A DNA stretch of 64,000 nt, taken from a virus. The stretch's first letter is position 1. Each line of letters opens with the position of its first letter. The notes beneath the pieces were generated by a model, which worked only from the letters and a program-made list of their open reading frames with translations, ran no database searches and was not told where the DNA came from. This document shows, one piece after another, positions 48,414 to 59,031 of this stretch. Where the stretch lies: positions 5,498 to 69,497 of IMG/VR virus record IMGVR_UViG_3300044641_005939; one strand, written 5' to 3'. The position numbers and the translations under genes are program-made.

Positions 48414-49182
48414 TAAACAAAAACAAGATCTTTTACACAAAGAGTATGAGATAAACAATAAAAGCTTCAGAGATATAGCAGACTCTTGTGGCACATATGC
48501 TAATAAGGTGCGTAGAGATGCTATTAGGTTTAATATAAAGATTAAAGATAAGAGCGAGGCCCAAAAGAATGCACTAGCCAGCGGCAAGATAAAACACCCA
48601 ACAGAGGGCAAAACTAGATCTCAAGAGATTAAAGATAAGATTGGATTATCTGTTATGAATTCGTGGGATAATCTTGATGAATCTACCAGACAATCAAGAA
48701 AAGATACTGCAAGAAAAAATTGGGAAAACTTATCCGATGATACTAAAAGTAACATTCTGCATGAGGCTAATTTAGCAGTAAGGAGAGCTAGTAAAACTGG
48801 GTCTAAGCTAGAGCTATTTTTGTTTGATAAGTTGCTCAACGATGGTTATCGCGTTGATTTTCATAAAGAGCAATCTCTACTAAATACCAAGTTGCAGATT
48901 GACCTTTTTCTTCCTACTATGAATGTGGCTATTGAAGTAGATGGTCCTTCTCATTTTGAACCTGTGTGGGGCAAAGACGCTTTGAAAAGAAATAAGGGTT
49001 ATGATGATAAAAAGAGTGGACTAATTCTTGGCAAAGGTTTAGTTTTAATTAGAGTTAAACAAACTAGAGATTTTTCTAAATCTAGAGCATCTGTCATCTA
49101 TAACACACTCAAAGACCATCTTGAACAAATTGCAAATAAATTTCCAGACAGTAATAACAGGACTATTAATATAGGAGACTAA
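48391..49182 (+). CDS. Putative homing endonuclease (HTH + NUMOD3-like + DUF559/Vsr domain)
   Basis: HPTEGKTRSQEIKDKIG and IDLFLP...IEVDGPSHF. Confidence 0.72.
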   Translation: MNYNKLSDKQKQDLLHKEYEINNKSFRDIADSCGTYANKVRRDAIRFNIKIKDKSEAQKNALASGKIKHPTEGKTRSQEIKDKIGLSVMNSWDNLDESTRQSRKDTARKNWENLSDDTKSNILHEANLAVRRASKTGSKLELFLFDKLLNDGYRVDFHKEQSLLNTKLQIDLFLPTMNVAIEVDGPSHFEPVWGKDALKRNKGYDDKKSGLILGKGLVLIRVKQTRDFSKSRASVIYNTLKDHLEQIANKFPDSNNRTINIGD

Positions 49183-49183
49183 A

Positions 49184-49921
49184 ATGGGCAGACCAAAGAA
49201 GGAAAATACTGAAAGTGTTAATGAAACAGTGGGTGTAGAAGTCGAGGTCAAGCTGAATTCTGTTACACCCAATGATCTGGAATGGACTGATCATGTGCTA
49301 TCTTTATTAAGTGATGATGAAAAGATATCTGGTAATCCAACAACGGACGGCTTAAGAAGAATTTTTGAGACAGCACTGAACTGCACAATAATTTCCGCTG
49401 AACCTAATGTGGTCCAATCACCAACAGTAGACAACGAAAGACGAGCCACCGTTGTTTATTCTATAGCCTATGTTTTAAATGATGAGCCAAATGACTCACT
49501 GGTTAAACAAAGGGTTGTGGCTGGTGCTGCTGACGTTTATTGGGGTAATTGTGACAAAGTATTTAGAAATCACCCTGTTGCTGTTGCAGAAACAAGGGCT
49601 GAAGGTAGAGCATTAAGAAAAGGCCTTAAACTTAGGAAAGTGGTCACGGCTGATGAGATAGCAAAAGATATTGATACTAGTCATTTAGAAGAAAATAATA
49701 TTGGAAAAATAAATAGTACCCAAATTAATTTTTTTGATGTGTTTGGTAAAAGACTCAATATAAATATTATTAAGTTATTGGCTAACCTTGCTATTGATAG
49801 TAAAAATATCTATAATATATCATATGATGATGCGGTTAAAACAATAACCACACTATCTGAGTATCAACACAATAATAATATTCCACAAGATATTATTGGT
49901 TACGACCCCAACTGGAAATAG
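49184..49921 (+). CDS. Possible ssDNA-annealing protein (Rad52/Sak-like)
   Basis: AVAETRAEGRALRKGL helix typical of this fold. Confidence 0.5.
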   Translation: MGRPKKENTESVNETVGVEVEVKLNSVTPNDLEWTDHVLSLLSDDEKISGNPTTDGLRRIFETALNCTIISAEPNVVQSPTVDNERRATVVYSIAYVLNDEPNDSLVKQRVVAGAADVYWGNCDKVFRNHPVAVAETRAEGRALRKGLKLRKVVTADEIAKDIDTSHLEENNIGKINSTQINFFDVFGKRLNINIIKLLANLAIDSKNIYNISYDDAVKTITTLSEYQHNNNIPQDIIGYDPNWK

Positions 49922-49928
49922 GTGAAAC

Positions 49929-50252
49929 ATGAAATTAAAGTATAAGGTTAATGACAAGCTTGAATTTGAATTAGAGGGCGATGGTCAAAAAGAAGTTTTT
50001 AAAGAACTAGCATTAATCCAAGAGATTTTTGGAGAAGAAAAATGTGGCTTGTGTGGTAGTAGTAATTTAAAGTTTGTGGTTCGTAACGTAGAGGGTAATG
50101 ATTATTATGAGCTACGCTGTGCTGATTGTGGTGCTATATTAGCATTTGGTCAGCACAAGAAAGGTGGAACATTATTTCCTAAGAGAAAAGACGATAGTGG
50201 AAATTATCTACCAAATAAGGGTTGGCATAAATGGGTAAAGAATAATGACTAA
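49929..50252 (+). CDS. Hypothetical zinc-ribbon protein
   Basis: CGLC...CADC. Confidence 0.75.
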   Translation: MKLKYKVNDKLEFELEGDGQKEVFKELALIQEIFGEEKCGLCGSSNLKFVVRNVEGNDYYELRCADCGAILAFGQHKKGGTLFPKRKDDSGNYLPNKGWHKWVKNND

Positions 50253-51330
50253 TCTATACAAAAAAGACAATAAATTAGTTATCGCTATAGATAAGAAATC
50301 AGAATCTGAATCTGCTGAACCACGATTGTCTATTGATGATTTTCTTTGTTGTGGTCCAACAGCTTGGAGAATAAGGAAAAGCGACGACTATAGCTATACA
50401 AATACTCCTTCTGGAGTAGGAACACACCATTGTGATAGTACAAATTTTCAACAATTATATGGAACAGCACAAAGATCATTGGAGAGAGTACAAAGAAAAG
50501 TATTATCTAACATACCAAGAAAGATAACATTTGAAAGTGTTGATCACGAATTTGAAGATGGGATAAATAACGAATACTGGTGTCATATGCCAGATCATCC
50601 TGATAAAAAAATATATTTGGAAATGGATTTTCTTGAAGGGCCGTGTTTTCCAGAAAATAGGAGTGAAACGCAAGGAGGAGTAACCAAAACATGCACAAGA
50701 ATTTCACCAGACTATCTAGTTGGAAATGATGGAAAACTAAAATTAAATACATCCGCCACCTACTCATATACTGTAAAAAAAACATTAAATAGTGGTGGCG
50801 TTATACCTGGTCTAGATGACTCGGAATGTGCTGGTGATGAAAATTTATCTTGTACTTTAATTAAAGCTAAAACTGTAAAATATAATATAACACGCACAAG
50901 ATCCGAGAATGGAACACTATCATGTTGTGCTATTAATGGAGTCATTGAACAAGAAGAATCAAAGAGTGGCTATGTTGTATGTCCTCAAGACGCATCTTCA
51001 GAGGATGCTATTGTTGGAGATACTGCCCATGATGATGCAGAAAACATATATAGGCAAACAGAATGGACCGAAAAATTAATATTAGAAGTATTGATACTTG
51101 ATAGAGATGGCAATAATGATATTTGGGTTCCCGTATTAACATCTGGTGGAGAACTAGAATTTTGTGAAACAACATATGCTAAAAAATGTTGGTCTAAGGC
51201 ACCACCGAGTAATCCACGAAATAATACTATAAATATTGGGGCAAGTCCGGGAGATACACCATATTGTGATGATAATGAAATAGAGGAAGATTATCTTAGC
51301 GACCCACCACCATGCCTCACATCTGACTAA
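50245..51330 (+). CDS. Cys-rich acidic hypothetical protein, paralog A
   Basis: Many Cys residues; shares motifs with the next ORF. Confidence 0.75.
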   Translation: MTNLYKKDNKLVIAIDKKSESESAEPRLSIDDFLCCGPTAWRIRKSDDYSYTNTPSGVGTHHCDSTNFQQLYGTAQRSLERVQRKVLSNIPRKITFESVDHEFEDGINNEYWCHMPDHPDKKIYLEMDFLEGPCFPENRSETQGGVTKTCTRISPDYLVGNDGKLKLNTSATYSYTVKKTLNSGGVIPGLDDSECAGDENLSCTLIKAKTVKYNITRTRSENGTLSCCAINGVIEQEESKSGYVVCPQDASSEDAIVGDTAHDDAENIYRQTEWTEKLILEVLILDRDGNNDIWVPVLTSGGELEFCETTYAKKCWSKAPPSNPRNNTINIGASPGDTPYCDDNEIEEDYLSDPPPCLTSD

Positions 51331-51339
51331 TTAAATAAT

Positions 51340-52455
51340 ATGAGTCCAATCTTTATACAAAATGGTAAAATATTAATATCTGGTGATAAACTGCGTGGTT
51401 GCTGTTGTGGAGGACGTTGGAGAATATCAGCTGTTAAAATAAACGCATTCGGGTGCGACGAAGAAGAAAAAGGTGAATCTATTGATTTTAACGGCGGCGC
51501 TGGTACTACTAAGAATTGGGCGGAAGGAATCATTGGGGGAGGTTTGAACGGAGAAATAGAAATTTGTAGTGCTGGTGTTAGTCAACCAACATATGTTGGT
51601 GATATTATAGGGCCAATAACAATAGATGGTATAGAATATTATGAGCTTAAAGATGTTCCACGAATCGTTGATGTTCTTGGTTGGATAAATGAGTTTAAAG
51701 ACGGAGTGAATCAGGAGTATCCGAATCCTTGTGATAATGACACTTTTTTACTTTTAGACTTTATACCCATATGTTTTCCTGCCAATAAAACCGTAGTAGA
51801 TGGTGATATTGTTAAAAGTTATAGAAGAATATTTCCACAATCAGAATTGGAAATAAATGAAAATCCTATATATGAGTTTACATCAACAGTACAGGGTAAC
51901 GAAGGATCAACAGGAGCAGAAGCTGTCGTACCAAATGGATGTGAAGATAGAAGCGATCTTAAAGCTTCAATTACTAGACAAAAAAAAGTACAATATACTA
52001 TACAAAAAAATGAGGACGGAACTTGTTGTTTAACAAATCCTGTTCCTGTTTTATATCCACCATTACCAGGGGAGAACGAAAATCGTGCTGAGAATATTAT
52101 TTGTACAGTATCTTGTTGTGAGGGTGGGGAAACTTCCGAAAACACCCCAATAAAAACTTTTTGGGAAATACACATGAAACTACAAGTTTTGTGTTCAAAC
52201 GAAACAGTGTGGCGGGATCTAACTAATCCCACAGAATTAACAGCACCAACAAGCGAATCGGAGCCTGGAACTGGTGATCCTGGAGTTGGAGAAGAAGACG
52301 ATTCCAGTTGGAAAATAGCTATTTGTCGTACCTGTAATAGACCGTGCTATATAGAATGTACAGATGAAAATGAACCAGATGAGACTGCTATTAAAGCTAA
52401 TTTAGATTTACCACCATTCCTAGATATGGATGAAGCATCAATATGTCCAGAATAA
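51340..52455 (+). CDS. Cys-rich acidic hypothetical protein, paralog B
   Basis: GCCCGGRWRI, CFPAN and NEDGTCC shared with paralog A. Confidence 0.75.
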   Translation: MSPIFIQNGKILISGDKLRGCCCGGRWRISAVKINAFGCDEEEKGESIDFNGGAGTTKNWAEGIIGGGLNGEIEICSAGVSQPTYVGDIIGPITIDGIEYYELKDVPRIVDVLGWINEFKDGVNQEYPNPCDNDTFLLLDFIPICFPANKTVVDGDIVKSYRRIFPQSELEINENPIYEFTSTVQGNEGSTGAEAVVPNGCEDRSDLKASITRQKKVQYTIQKNEDGTCCLTNPVPVLYPPLPGENENRAENIICTVSCCEGGETSENTPIKTFWEIHMKLQVLCSNETVWRDLTNPTELTAPTSESEPGTGDPGVGEEDDSSWKIAICRTCNRPCYIECTDENEPDETAIKANLDLPPFLDMDEASICPE

Positions 52456-54065
52456 CTTTCGTTACAGGAATATGGGATCTTGGTCGGGGAGATGCAAAAG
52501 AGGGCTGGGCCAGATCTTTTGAGCATTATATTAATAATTTTATTAATCTATTAATAGAGATGAAGGATCATAATCTTATTATTTTTATTGATCCATCATT
52601 AGAAAATTTGGTTTGGCAACACAGAAAGCAACATAACACTAGAATATATCATCATACTAAACAAGATTTTAAACAAAACTTTTTTCCATTTTTTGAGCAA
52701 GTACAAAGTATAAGAAATAATCCAGAATGGTACAATAGAGTTGGATGGTTAAAAGATAGTGCTCAAGGATCATTAGAGTATTATAATCCAATGGTTATGA
52801 GCAAGATGTTCTTGCTGCATAATGCTAAAATCTTTAATCCGTTTGATACTGACTATTTTTTCTGGATAGATGGCGGCATCACAAATACTTTAAGTTTAGG
52901 ATATTTTCAAGATAATACTATTATTGAGAAAATCCAATCATTAGCCGAAAAATTCTTGTTCGTTTGTTTTCCATATGAAACAGATAGTGAGATTCATGGA
53001 TTTTGTATCAATGGCATGAAAAAGTTTGCCAAATCAGATACTGTTAATAGGGTGGCTCGTGGTGGATTTTTTGGTGGTCATAAAGACCATATCTCTGCTG
53101 CTAATGACACATATTATCATCTATTAAATGATTCTTTAAATAGTGGATACATGGGAACAGAAGAAAGTATTTTTACCATAATGACCTATTTAGATAGTGA
53201 TAAATATCGCTATGAAATGATTAATGGTGATGGTCTTATTTATGCTTTTTTTGAAAATCTAAAAAATAAAAATTTTAAAAGTAAATCTACAAATACTGTT
53301 AATCTTTATATTAATACATATAATTCACCAGAACAGCTACAAATGGTTTTAGATTCTTTTGAAAAATATGAGCCAGACCTATTAGAAAAAACTAATAAAA
53401 TATTAATAAATAATTCTATTAATAATGACCTATTTCCTAAATATGATCTTATCTCGTCTAAGTATAATTTTACAGAAATACGGCGTGGTAATATTGGTAT
53501 CTGTGGTGGGCGACAATTGAGTGCGGAACACTTTAATGAATCGTCTGCTGATTATATGTTATTTTTTGAAGATGATATGTTGATTGATTATGAGGGTGAG
53601 TGTGCTTTTGGTTTTAGAAAAAGAGCTGATAAATTATTTAGTAAAATTTTAAGTATCATGAACAAAGAAAAATATGATTTTCTAAAATTAAGTTTTAGTG
53701 AATTTTATGGCCATAATGGAGAGCAGTGGAGCTGGCACAATGTTCCAGAGAAACAAAGACTAGAGTATTTTGGACCAATAGATCATAAACCACCAACACT
53801 ATATAATAATATAAAAACATTAGATGGTTTGCCCTATGCAGATGGAGAGGTTTACTATTGTAATTGGCCCCATATTATTAATAGAGAGGGTAATCAGAAA
53901 ATGTTTCTGGATACTAAATGGGCCTATCCTTATGAGCAAACATGGATGAGCCACATATACACTCTCACCAAACAAAAGAAAATTAAGTCTGGTATATTAT
54001 TATCTAGTCCCATAACCCATAACAGAACACACCACTATCATGCAAGCGAAAGAAAAGAAAACTAA
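52443..54065 (+). CDS. HtrL/YibB-like domain fused to a GT-A glycosyltransferase domain
   Basis: TFVTGIWDLGR, FFWIDGG, GGFFGG and GTEE; second domain with FFEDD. Confidence 0.75.
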   Translation: MSRITFVTGIWDLGRGDAKEGWARSFEHYINNFINLLIEMKDHNLIIFIDPSLENLVWQHRKQHNTRIYHHTKQDFKQNFFPFFEQVQSIRNNPEWYNRVGWLKDSAQGSLEYYNPMVMSKMFLLHNAKIFNPFDTDYFFWIDGGITNTLSLGYFQDNTIIEKIQSLAEKFLFVCFPYETDSEIHGFCINGMKKFAKSDTVNRVARGGFFGGHKDHISAANDTYYHLLNDSLNSGYMGTEESIFTIMTYLDSDKYRYEMINGDGLIYAFFENLKNKNFKSKSTNTVNLYINTYNSPEQLQMVLDSFEKYEPDLLEKTNKILINNSINNDLFPKYDLISSKYNFTEIRRGNIGICGGRQLSAEHFNESSADYMLFFEDDMLIDYEGECAFGFRKRADKLFSKILSIMNKEKYDFLKLSFSEFYGHNGEQWSWHNVPEKQRLEYFGPIDHKPPTLYNNIKTLDGLPYADGEVYYCNWPHIINREGNQKMFLDTKWAYPYEQTWMSHIYTLTKQKKIKSGILLSSPITHNRTHHYHASERKEN

Positions 54066-55314
54066 AACTATCTTTATACAAATAGCATCATATAGAGATC
54101 CACAACTTATACCAACAATAGAGGATGCTATTAATAAGGCTAAATACCCAGACAGATTAAGGTTTGGCATATCTTGGCAACACTGTGAAAGTGATAGCTG
54201 GGATAATATGGATAAGTATAAATATGATAGTAGATTTAAAATTATAGATATAGATTATCAAGATGCTCAGGGTGTTTGCTGGGCTAGAAACCTACTGCAA
54301 AATTTATATCAAGGTGAAGACTATACATTACAACTAGATAGTCATCATAGATTTGTTCAAAATTGGGATATGATCCTAATAGATATGCTTACTGAACTAC
54401 AAAACGATGGTTATCCTAAACCATTAATAACATCTTATATTCCTAGTTTTGATCCAGATAATGATCCAGAAGCTAGAGTTAATGAACCGTGGAAAATGAC
54501 TTTTGATAGATTTATTCCAGAGGGGGCTGTGTTTTTTTTACCAGCAGGACTGAATTCTGCTATTGAGAATATTAATAAACCAATTCCTGGACGATTCTAT
54601 AGCGCTCATTTTGCTTTTACTCTTGGCTCTTTTTCCAAAGAAGTTCAACATGATCCAAACTATTATTTTCATGGTGAAGAAATTAGTGTGGCCGTTAGAG
54701 CGTTTACGCATGGCTATGATATATTCTATCCTCATAAAGTAATATGTTGGCATGAATATACAAGGAAGGGTAGAAGTAAACAGTGGGATGATGTTAAATC
54801 ATGGGTAGACAAAAATAATATCTGCCATGATAGAAATAGAAAGCTTTTTGGTATGGATAATGTTACGAACGATATTAATTTTGGACGATATGGTTTTGGT
54901 ACAGCTCGGAGTTTGGGTGATTATGAAAAATATGCAGGATTAAAATTTTCTAAAAGAGCTATTACACAAGATGTTGTGGATCACAAACCACCAAATCTTG
55001 ATAATATGAAGATCTCAGATGAAGACTTTAATAATAGTCTATTATATATCTTTAAGCACTGTATTGATATTGGCTATAATCAAGTACCAGAGAAGGATTA
55101 CGATGTTTGGGCAGTCGCATTTAAAGACGGCGACGGTAATGAAATGTATAGACAAGATGCTACTCCAGAGGAAATACAGCAAATGAAAAATGATCCCGAC
55201 GGATATTGTAAAGTGTGGAGAACTTTCAATACAGAAAAGGTGCCGTCTAGCTGGATAGTGTGGCCCCATAGTAAAAGTAAAGGATGGTCAGAACCAATTA
55301 CTGGTAAAATTTAA
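54040..55314 (+). CDS. GT60-like polypeptide alpha-GlcNAc transferase (Skp1/mucin-type)
   Basis: IFIQIASYRD, GVCWAR, LQLDSHHRF, FHGEE and WHEY. Confidence 0.85.
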   Translation: MQAKEKKTKTIFIQIASYRDPQLIPTIEDAINKAKYPDRLRFGISWQHCESDSWDNMDKYKYDSRFKIIDIDYQDAQGVCWARNLLQNLYQGEDYTLQLDSHHRFVQNWDMILIDMLTELQNDGYPKPLITSYIPSFDPDNDPEARVNEPWKMTFDRFIPEGAVFFLPAGLNSAIENINKPIPGRFYSAHFAFTLGSFSKEVQHDPNYYFHGEEISVAVRAFTHGYDIFYPHKVICWHEYTRKGRSKQWDDVKSWVDKNNICHDRNRKLFGMDNVTNDINFGRYGFGTARSLGDYEKYAGLKFSKRAITQDVVDHKPPNLDNMKISDEDFNNSLLYIFKHCIDIGYNQVPEKDYDVWAVAFKDGDGNEMYRQDATPEEIQQMKNDPDGYCKVWRTFNTEKVPSSWIVWPHSKSKGWSEPITGKI

Positions 55315-55982
55315 TTTATATATTTTCTTAATGGCGAAATATTTGTTCCGCCATTTCCATGAAACAAAAATGGAATAGTATTAAATGTTTTATTGATGAT
55401 CGTATTATCTGAAAAAATAAAATCATCAATATTCATATCTGCATGTACCCTACCATTAAATAAGGTTTGAAATACTTCACAAGTATAATCTAATGTTATA
55501 TATTCTGGATGATTTAAGAAAAAATTAGTAAATACCCTTTGATTCATAGATCCTTTTATTGATGATAATGTTTCGCCTATAATATACTTTAATAATTTTA
55601 CTGTTCCAAAATATCCACCACCATTTAAAAATTTCCATTTACTATAAGGAATGTGATCAGGATATAGTGCGGATAAGTGGCCGTCGGGAAAACAATTGGT
55701 TTCTGCACCGAATACTACTTTGGTAAGATCAAACTTATCTCTTATTTTTTTTTCTATTAGATTCTTATTACATCCATTAAGGGGTAGAACATCATAAGTG
55801 TCTGTAACTAATACGAGTTCATTATCCGATAAATTTTTGATGTATTCGTTAATACTATGGGTGCCACAATAACCCTCCCAATCAAATGGAACATACATTG
55901 GCAACAAACATAGGTCAATTTTTTCTTGTAATAATTTAACATTTCCGTGATTATTGTCTGTGGCACAGCCTATAATATGCAT
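55311..55982 (-). CDS. PLOD/procollagen-type glycosyltransferase domain
   Basis: VTDTYDV, VVFGAETNCFPD, FLNGGGYFG, LDYTCEVFQTL and FHGNG. Confidence 0.8.
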   Translation of the reverse strand: MHIIGCATDNNHGNVKLLQEKIDLCLLPMYVPFDWEGYCGTHSINEYIKNLSDNELVLVTDTYDVLPLNGCNKNLIEKKIRDKFDLTKVVFGAETNCFPDGHLSALYPDHIPYSKWKFLNGGGYFGTVKLLKYIIGETLSSIKGSMNQRVFTNFFLNHPEYITLDYTCEVFQTLFNGRVHADMNIDDFIFSDNTIINKTFNTIPFLFHGNGGTNISPLRKYIN

Positions 55983-55985
55983 TAT

Positions 55986-56654
55986 TTACTCCCATACAAA
56001 TGAATTTGGGTGTCTTCCGTCCCAATTATTATATATGGGACCAATATGATCAACGTCTGGACTTATACACTTACGACAGGCAAATCTATTTGAAAATTCA
56101 CAATCGTAGTATGAAGCATTTTTAAATTCAAATAAATATTGAGAATTATAAAATAAATTTGATTTGTGAAATAATTGAAAGAATCCTATAAAATTACATG
56201 ATCCTTGAGCATATATACTGTTATTGTAGTCACTCATATTATTATAAATTCTTCTACCACAACCATATAAACAATTGATATTTTTATCTTTATCATTCAT
56301 ATTTATAAAGCTCTCTAACGGGCTATTCCCCCTGCTGTCTTTCACGTTATCTATAATACAATCGGCATCCAATAAAAGAATATATTCAAAATCTTGCTTA
56401 TCAGTTTGTATAATATCTTTTCTAAATAATGTATTAATAGCCCTTGCTTTATTAAACGGCTTATTCTCATGATAAAATTCATCAGTAATAAAATATTTTA
56501 TATTATTATCTTGACAAAAATTTTTAGTTGCCACATCTTTTGAGTCTGTTATTATATAATAGTAATGATTTTTAAATAATTCTTTATTTTTTTCAAAACA
56601 AAACGATAAGTAATCTATATAATTAACACAAACTGTTATAATTAAAATTTTCAT
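55986..56654 (-). CDS. GT2-like glycosyltransferase
   Basis: TVCVNYIDYL, FNKARAIN, LLDAD and GFFQLF. Confidence 0.75.
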   Translation of the reverse strand: MKILIITVCVNYIDYLSFCFEKNKELFKNHYYYIITDSKDVATKNFCQDNNIKYFITDEFYHENKPFNKARAINTLFRKDIIQTDKQDFEYILLLDADCIIDNVKDSRGNSPLESFINMNDKDKNINCLYGCGRRIYNNMSDYNNSIYAQGSCNFIGFFQLFHKSNLFYNSQYLFEFKNASYYDCEFSNRFACRKCISPDVDHIGPIYNNWDGRHPNSFVWE

Positions 56655-56676
56655 TTTTTATAAAATCTCCTTATTG

Positions 56677-56688
56677 AATAAATACACT
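56677..56688 (-). promoter_or_regulatory. Putative late-type promoter AGTGTATTTATT
   Basis: On the minus strand upstream of an AAGGAG RBS and ATG 56654. Confidence 0.45.
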
Positions 56689-56701
56689 TAAATTAATTTT
56701 T

Positions 56702-57406
56702 ATGATTAATAATATTAATGAATATATTAAATCTTGGGATAATGTATTTTGTGAACAGCATGTGGTCAATTTAGTAGAACAAATCTATATTAAAATTATA
56801 AACTATTATGGTGACCAAACACCAATATATTTTATTGATATTGGTGCTAATGTTGGTAAAGTATATGATTTGTTATCTAAAAAAATATCCATACAGCAAA
56901 CATATATGTTTGAAGCCAATCATGGATTATATCATTATTTAATAGAAAAATATAATAATAAAGATAGTATCAAAATTTATCATAATGCTATTGGTCTCGA
57001 TAATAAAATGGTATATTTTGATGAATCTTCTATGGACTATCAAATAGATAATAATTGTGAAACATTAAATTTTGGTCTTTCCAAGATCACCAATAGTCCC
57101 ACAAATAGAACGGTAGAAAGCTTACCAATATCTCAGTTCTTAAATAATAATAACTACCTATATAATAAGCCGTGTTTTATTAAAATTGATACTGAAAATT
57201 TTGATTATCAAATTTTATCTGACCTCGTAACTGTAATTGATCTATTTAAACAAAAACCTCTCATAGAATTTGAAAACAATTATTTTTGTGATGGTTACGA
57301 TAGTACTTGGGCGCAAAATATTGTTGATCAATATGTAGCAAAAGGGTACGAAAAACTGATAGTAGCAAGAGATATGGGGGATGGTATTTTACAACCAATA
57401 TTATGA
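56702..57406 (+). CDS. FkbM-family methyltransferase
   Basis: FIDIGANVG, FEAN and IKIDTE. Confidence 0.85.
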   Translation: MINNINEYIKSWDNVFCEQHVVNLVEQIYIKIINYYGDQTPIYFIDIGANVGKVYDLLSKKISIQQTYMFEANHGLYHYLIEKYNNKDSIKIYHNAIGLDNKMVYFDESSMDYQIDNNCETLNFGLSKITNSPTNRTVESLPISQFLNNNNYLYNKPCFIKIDTENFDYQILSDLVTVIDLFKQKPLIEFENNYFCDGYDSTWAQNIVDQYVAKGYEKLIVARDMGDGILQPIL

Positions 57407-58410
57407 ATAATTTGACCATAAGACACACATTTAGAAATTTGGGAGACGATACATGCAAATACTATGCTACATCTTTTTTTATTAAATTATTTGATAAACT
57501 AAAAATCTTATATCCGGATATTGTTTTTGATATTGATGAATGTAAACAATATGAGTCTATGGGATATGGGGCATTATGTAGCTGTATGCATTTATCTATT
57601 CTAAATCCGTCTAACAATAAATATATTCTAGTATCCTTATTTGATAATTGGAAATATCATTTTAATAAGGTGTTGGGTTGGGATCCTGATAATATGGTTC
57701 AATTTTTTTATGCTGGATCTTTTGATTTTTTAGATTTTTATGCTTATAAATCATTTATATCTTATAATAAAGACTATGTTTTTCCCAACCATATTCATAA
57801 AACTTATCAGCAGTTTTTTTATATACCATGTTATGATTGTTTATATAATGAATTAAAAGATCTATTCAGTAATAGATCAAACAGGCAACTTGATCCTAGT
57901 TTATTCTTTAGAGGATATTTATGGGATAGTAGAAAATTGATGTTAAACAATATTGCAGATGCTGAGGATATTGTTATAATTGATAAAAATACAGATACAA
58001 ATAATTTAAACTATAATCAATTTGTAAAAGAACTAAGTGGATATAAAGCGTCTCTAAGCTTGCCCGGTGGAACTAATATATGTCATAGAGACATAGAGAG
58101 TTTTGCTGTTGGAACACCAGTATTTCGCCCACTACTAACAACAAACTATCCTGATCCACTATTACCAAACTATCATTATATGTGTTTTTATGGTATGTGC
58201 GATTATAGCGATGATCATAATCCCACATTCTTATCATATAAAGATTTTCAAGAACATTTATTATATTGGTGGAATAAATTAAAAAACAATAATGAATATT
58301 TAGACTATATATCACACAATGCAAGAAATTGGTTTGAACAACATTGTACAATGGACAATAATATAGAATATGTATTATCTAAAATAAATATGGAGGCTTT
58401 AAATGGTTGA
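57403..58410 (+). CDS. Putative GT-B glycosyltransferase
   Basis: FFRG, LSLPGGTNICHRDIESFAVG and ISHNARNWF. Confidence 0.6.
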   Translation: MNNLTIRHTFRNLGDDTCKYYATSFFIKLFDKLKILYPDIVFDIDECKQYESMGYGALCSCMHLSILNPSNNKYILVSLFDNWKYHFNKVLGWDPDNMVQFFYAGSFDFLDFYAYKSFISYNKDYVFPNHIHKTYQQFFYIPCYDCLYNELKDLFSNRSNRQLDPSLFFRGYLWDSRKLMLNNIADAEDIVIIDKNTDTNNLNYNQFVKELSGYKASLSLPGGTNICHRDIESFAVGTPVFRPLLTTNYPDPLLPNYHYMCFYGMCDYSDDHNPTFLSYKDFQEHLLYWWNKLKNNNEYLDYISHNARNWFEQHCTMDNNIEYVLSKINMEALNG

Positions 58411-59017
58411 AGGTGGTTTCGCATACAAATGCTTGTTTATGGCGCAGCACCCGGATGCTGAGAAAGTATTTACAACATTCCTCTCATCTGTTAAACCTAG
58501 TCAAATATTAGAAATAGGCACTATGCATGGTGGGTTAACACTAATGTTAAGAGATATTTTAGATGATATAGATTTAAAAAATACCAATATAAGAACTTAT
58601 GATATTAATGATCAAGAGTTTTTAAAACCATTAGTAGCAGATAGAAATGTTACTGTTGTGACTAAAAATCTCTTTAATAGTGAATATAATGATTTTAATA
58701 ATGAGAACTGCAAAAGAGAAATATCTGATTTTATTCAACAAGATGGAATTACAATAGTATTATGTGATGGTGGTTGTAAAAAGTGTGAGTACAATATGAT
58801 AGCGCCGCTATTAAAAAATAATGATATTATTATGGCTCATGACTACTCGCCTGATATTGAATATTTTGAAAAATATATGAAAAATAAGATATGGGATTGG
58901 ATGGAAATTAATGATAATGATATTGAGCAATCAGTCTCTGGTTGTGGCTTACAAACATTTCATCAAGATTTATTATTAAATATAGCTTGGTTATCTAAAA
59001 AGAAAATTGTTGTATGA
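58403..59017 (+). CDS. Class I SAM-dependent methyltransferase (CmcI-like)
   Basis: ILEIGTMHGG, TYDI, CDGG and AHD. Confidence 0.78.
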   Translation: MVEGGFAYKCLFMAQHPDAEKVFTTFLSSVKPSQILEIGTMHGGLTLMLRDILDDIDLKNTNIRTYDINDQEFLKPLVADRNVTVVTKNLFNSEYNDFNNENCKREISDFIQQDGITIVLCDGGCKKCEYNMIAPLLKNNDIIMAHDYSPDIEYFEKYMKNKIWDWMEINDNDIEQSVSGCGLQTFHQDLLLNIAWLSKKKIVV

Positions 59018-59031
59018 GATCCAAACATTTA

